From IMG/VR virus record IMGVR_UViG_3300037067_004081: a stretch of 64,000 nucleotides of DNA. One strand, 5' to 3'. Origin of the DNA: an uncultured virus (IMG/VR IMGVR_UViG_3300037067_004081). Taxonomy: Duplodnaviria; Heunggongvirae; Uroviricota; Caudoviricetes. This document shows positions 59,799 to 64,000 of this stretch, piece by piece; the first letter of the stretch is position 1; each line of letters starts with the position of its first letter. The notes under the pieces were generated by a model, which was given only the letters and a program-made list of their open reading frames with translations, did not search any database and was not told where the DNA came from. The translations under genes were made by a program, and so were the position numbers.

Positions 59799-62700
59799 AT
59801 GGCCTATGATTTTACAAATGATGCTCGCTGTGTTTCTCTTTATAGATTTGAATCTGGTGCTTTAACAACAGATTCAAAAGGGACAAACACACTCACAGCA
59901 ACAGGCACTCCTGGCACAAGCACTGCAGATAAAAAGGAAGGTGGAGCTTGTGTCGATCTTGAGTGTGATAGCAATCAGATGTTCTCAAGAACTGATGCAA
60001 ATCTTTCAGCAGACTTTCCATTAAAAAGTGGCACCACAAACAAAACAATTACAGTGTGTTGCTGGTTCAAGGAAGAGTCACAGAATGGTGCCTCTGCAAG
60101 GGATCTTGTAACCAGATATGATACTGGTGGCAACAAACGGACATATGGTCTTCATGTTGTGGGTGCAAATGTTCAGCTATTCATAGGGCAAGGAGCAACA
60201 ACTGATACAAATTTGCTTTTTACAGGTCTTTCCACAGGAGTTTGGTATTGGCTTTGTGTTCAGTATCGGGATTCTGACAAATACATCTATGCCAGACTCT
60301 GGGATGACACAGCAAAAACAATGAAAGAAATCTGGCGGACTGGGGCCAATAATATAGTTCTATCTGATACTCCATTTGGAATTGGCGGAAGTTATACCAG
60401 CGGATCAATGAACACAAGTACAGGTTTTGATGGGTTGATTGATCAGGTGGCAATATTCAAGGATTTGATCTCTGGTGAAGATATGAATCAGATCCTTGCA
60501 GATGGTTACTCTGGTGCCCCAGCTTATATCAACTATGTCGGTTATGAGGCTGCTGTTCCGACATATGCAGAACAGGCTACAATTATTCAGGCAATCTGCA
60601 CAAGAAATGGATGGTCATATACAAACTTTGGTAATTCTGCCAAGGATAACCCAATTGTTGGGGTGATCATATCTCCTGCAGGATATGAAAAGACAGTTGT
60701 TGTTGGTGGATCCATTCATGGTCTGGAGAAGGTGGGCTGTCAAGGATTGATTGCATTTTTGCATTACTTGGAAATGAATCCATCAAGAATCAACAACAAA
60801 GTCAGATATGTGATTGTCCCCATCCAGAATCCTGATGGCTATATCAATGGCACAAGAAAGAATGACAATGATACTCATGATGACAGCTTAGAGCCATGGC
60901 CCAGATCAGTTGATATCAGCAGGAACTTCCCTACAGGTTTTGGAGCAGGTGATCCTGATGATGCCAATTCAGCCAGCGAGTATTACCATGGGCCTTCTGC
61001 TTTATCAGAGCCAGAGACTGTAAGGCTTGCTGCCATCTTTGCAGATTATGATCCAAGCTTCTATGTTGATGTTCACGGGCAAAGCAATTATGTTGACTAC
61101 TCCATTCCAGACTCAACAGCAAGAGAGACTGCAACAAATGCAGCACTCACAGCTGGCGGATTTGATGCCTGGGCTTGGCAACTTGGATGGATTGGTGGAG
61201 AAGCCTATAATGAAGCTTATGCAATATATGATATTGAATCTTATCTTGTGGAACTTGCAACCTATACAGATATAGGCCATGAAGATGCCAACAGACTCAT
61301 ATGCTGGCTTCAGACCATTATTGGTTTGGTGGCAGATGGAACAACCGGCAGCATTGGTGGCCCATATAGAGTTCCTGTTACCATTCCAGCAGCAAGTGTT
61401 TCAGCTTCGCTGAATTCATTTCCTGTCTATATTGATTTATCAACTCTGCCCTCTGAATTTTGGACAAATCTTCACGATGACTGTGGTGCAGATTTGCACG
61501 TTCAGAATAATGATGGTGATGAAATACCTTTTGATCTTGTTTATATCTCAAAGGTGTCACAAAAGGGTACGCTGTTTGTTAAGACAAATTTGAGCAGCTC
61601 ATCATCTACCATTGTTTGGATATGTTTTGGGTCATCAGTCTATACAAGAGTTGCCCCAACTGCAACGAATGGACGCAATGCTGTCTGGTCAGATTACCAT
61701 CGCGTGTTTATGTTTGGGGATTCTCTGACTGACAGAACTGGTTCAGGAGAAACCTTGAATTTCCCTGCCAGCATCAATTATCAATTCAAGGCAACAGCTA
61801 TCTCAGGAGACATTGGCTGTCATCAAGGTCTTGTCTTTGATGGGACACACTACTATTGCATTGATACAAATAAGATAAGAAAGTATGATCTCAGCTGGAA
61901 CCTAGTGACTGCAAACACATCTCCATTCACAGGCATAACTGGGCATACAGTTAATCACATAAGTGATGGCTGTATATATGATGGCCAGCTTATTGCCTTC
62001 CTGAGTGATTGGCCAGCAAATACAGATTATCCTGTTATTGGGAAATACAATTTGTCTGATCTCAGTCTTGAGTCATGGTTTGATTATGGGACAAATGCTG
62101 TTGATGGCGCTGGTATGTGCTATGTTCCTGAGTGGGATAAATTTGTCACCGTAGGGTACAGTGCTGTTGGAGAGCACTTATATGTCCTCAATAACGATGC
62201 CACCATGAGCTTGAATGGCTATATTGATCTTGAGACTCCTTTGCCATGGTGTCAAGGAATTGAGTATTGGCGTGGAGCCTTTTGGATCAATCAAGACAAA
62301 ACAAGTGAAGCAGAAACAACTCACAACACCACCTATAGAGTAGAATTGGATGGGACAGGAATCACCCCAATGGCTCAGGTTACAAATTTTGATTTTCATG
62401 AAGGCATCTGTGGCTATGGTGATCATCTTTATATTACAAGCTCAACAGGGAATGGAAATGGAACCATATTCAGATATGACCTGCCTACACAGATGGGTGC
62501 CTCTGAAGGAATAAAATTTGAAGACTCTGCACCTGATCACAGAGCCTATATTCCATCCAGCCGATTTACCCAATGGACTATTGGTGTTGGTCAGAGCGTC
62601 TGCTGGCGGCAATCATATAATCAGAATATTGTCGGATATGGAAAGGTTTCAGAAGTTGATAACAATAAAAGAGAGTCTATCCAGTGGACGATGGATGTTG

Positions 62701-64000
62701 ATAAATATCAATTGTACAACGGAGTTGATGGATCAATCCAGATTGATCCTCTGACAGCAATCACAGCTTATTTCAAGGATAACTTTTCTAGTCAGACTGT
62801 TGGGAGTGCTCCAACAGGATGGACTGAGCGCTGGAACGCTGCTTCAGGTGCCATAACCACTCGCAAAGATGGTGTGTTTGGTATGAATACCATTGAGCAA
62901 GTGACAACAGATGTATACCGATATGCAGCCTCCATAGATGCTCTTGGGACAGCAAATGCTGATTGTGAAATTCTTGCATTATGCAGGCCAGATACAAATG
63001 ATAATCACTATGTCCGTCTCTATGTAAGAGGTGCTGGGGCAGCAGGAGCAGAGAGTTGTTATTTTGCATACATTCAGCTTTCTGGTGATGCAATAGGGAT
63101 TCATAAATATACAGCACCAACATCGACTGCTGTTGGTAGTACTGCGAAGACAATAAATACTGGTACTTGGTACTACATGCGCTTTCGTGTTGTCGGAACA
63201 TCACTCAAATTAAAGGTTTGGGCAAAGGGAACTGATGAACCGGCTGCATGGGATTTGGAATTCACTGACTCTAGTGTTACAGCAGCAGGATGGATTGGCA
63301 TTGGTTCTGCCAATACTGGTTGTGAAGTGAACTATGATTATATCGGAATAAATGTTGGTTCATCAGCAGCAACTGTCCCACTGCCTGTGAGTGATGTGGT
63401 TGCAACTACTACAGGGAATTATGTTGAAAAATTCAAAAGACTTCATGCTGTTCATAATGGAGCAATAGAACGGATATTTTATTTTGATGGGGTGGCTCAT
63501 ACTGATGCCATCTGTTCAGTCCAGCCTGATGCTACAGCAGATGCATTATTTCTTGGATTCAATGATGCCGATCTCAACAATGGAACCTATGGATACCTTG
63601 ATTTTCTTTATTTGAGAAATTCAATTCTGACTGCAGCCTGGATTACAGCAGAACTTCTCAACCTAAAAACACCAGCATCATTTTATACAGTAGGTGCAGT
63701 TGAATCTGATGGTGGATTGCCAACAGAGGTGCGGCAGGCAAGAATCGATATCAGCGGCAATGCTCGTAATCTTTCTGATACAGGAACAGTTTCGACTGGT
63801 GATGTCTTAGGGAAGATTGGCAATGGTGCATATTTTAGCGGATCAGGACAGCAGCTGCTAACAAGAACAACTGCACCAGACTTAACAGGTGATGCCAATT
63901 TCACAGTTGCATTCAGAGTGAAGCCTCATCGCATATCAAATCCTGCCGCTGATGATTACTGGCATTTCAAGATAGGGACAGAATTTGAAATAAGAGTTGG
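59799..64000 (+). CDS. Large multidomain tail fibre/adhesin, truncated by window end: LamG, M14 Zn-carboxypeptidase, DUF2341-like, beta-propeller and lectin domains
   Basis: Translated by hand: open from ATG 59799 to the end (>1400 codons); FDGLIDQVAIF; IHGLE, NPDG, VDISRNFP, SEPET, VDVHG. Confidence 0.85.
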   Translation, partial: MAYDFTNDARCVSLYRFESGALTTDSKGTNTLTATGTPGTSTADKKEGGACVDLECDSNQMFSRTDANLSADFPLKSGTTNKTITVCCWFKEESQNGASARDLVTRYDTGGNKRTYGLHVVGANVQLFIGQGATTDTNLLFTGLSTGVWYWLCVQYRDSDKYIYARLWDDTAKTMKEIWRTGANNIVLSDTPFGIGGSYTSGSMNTSTGFDGLIDQVAIFKDLISGEDMNQILADGYSGAPAYINYVGYEAAVPTYAEQATIIQAICTRNGWSYTNFGNSAKDNPIVGVIISPAGYEKTVVVGGSIHGLEKVGCQGLIAFLHYLEMNPSRINNKVRYVIVPIQNPDGYINGTRKNDNDTHDDSLEPWPRSVDISRNFPTGFGAGDPDDANSASEYYHGPSALSEPETVRLAAIFADYDPSFYVDVHGQSNYVDYSIPDSTARETATNAALTAGGFDAWAWQLGWIGGEAYNEAYAIYDIESYLVELATYTDIGHEDANRLICWLQTIIGLVADGTTGSIGGPYRVPVTIPAASVSASLNSFPVYIDLSTLPSEFWTNLHDDCGADLHVQNNDGDEIPFDLVYISKVSQKGTLFVKTNLSSSSSTIVWICFGSSVYTRVAPTATNGRNAVWSDYHRVFMFGDSLTDRTGSGETLNFPASINYQFKATAISGDIGCHQGLVFDGTHYYCIDTNKIRKYDLSWNLVTANTSPFTGITGHTVNHISDGCIYDGQLIAFLSDWPANTDYPVIGKYNLSDLSLESWFDYGTNAVDGAGMCYVPEWDKFVTVGYSAVGEHLYVLNNDATMSLNGYIDLETPLPWCQGIEYWRGAFWINQDKTSEAETTHNTTYRVELDGTGITPMAQVTNFDFHEGICGYGDHLYITSSTGNGNGTIFRYDLPTQMGASEGIKFEDSAPDHRAYIPSSRFTQWTIGVGQSVCWRQSYNQNIVGYGKVSEVDNNKRESIQWTMDVDKYQLYNGVDGSIQIDPLTAITAYFKDNFSSQTVGSAPTGWTERWNAASGAITTRKDGVFGMNTIEQVTTDVYRYAASIDALGTANADCEILALCRPDTNDNHYVRLYVRGAGAAGAESCYFAYIQLSGDAIGIHKYTAPTSTAVGSTAKTINTGTWYYMRFRVVGTSLKLKVWAKGTDEPAAWDLEFTDSSVTAAGWIGIGSANTGCEVNYDYIGINVGSSAATVPLPVSDVVATTTGNYVEKFKRLHAVHNGAIERIFYFDGVAHTDAICSVQPDATADALFLGFNDADLNNGTYGYLDFLYLRNSILTAAWITAELLNLKTPASFYTVGAVESDGGLPTEVRQARIDISGNARNLSDTGTVSTGDVLGKIGNGAYFSGSGQQLLTRTTAPDLTGDANFTVAFRVKPHRISNPAADDYWHFKIGTEFEIRV

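Noticed and set aside
1..64000. Stop-codon reassignment
   Set aside because: Long conserved genes are intact in the standard code, and TAA, TAG and TGA all serve as stops
55856..64000. Diversity-generating retroelement or invertible tail-fibre system
   Set aside because: No reverse transcriptase, invertase or template/variable repeat pair seen in the window

Overview
The window is a contiguous piece of a tailed dsDNA bacteriophage genome, probably siphovirus-like: it has a long tape measure, a tail tube and no visible sheath. All credible genes are on the + strand. From left to right: (1) a translationally coupled nucleotide-metabolism operon (FAD oxidoreductase, an atypical ThyX, a HAD-DUF3310 fusion and two SDRs), then a GIY-YIG endonuclease and a DnaE-type polymerase fused to a family-4-like uracil-DNA glycosylase domain; (2) recombination genes (UvsY-like, SSB-like, RecA, resolvase, SbcD/SbcC); (3) about 12 kb of small ORFs that include the small terminase; (4) large terminase, portal and a gpF-like protein; (5) an 8-kb cassette of eight glycosyltransferase-like genes, a methyltransferase and MazG inside the head module; (6) scaffold, capsid, neck, tail tube, a ninth GT, a frameshifting tail chaperone, tape measure, a tail-tip protein with a jacalin-like domain, and a >1400-aa adhesin running off the window end (absent from the ORF track) that carries an M14 zinc peptidase. 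The best candidates for an undescribed system are a thymidine-replacement pathway coupled to a base-reading polymerase, and a large virion/DNA glycosylation cassette; the two may be linked. All calls come from reading motifs by eye; no database search was run.
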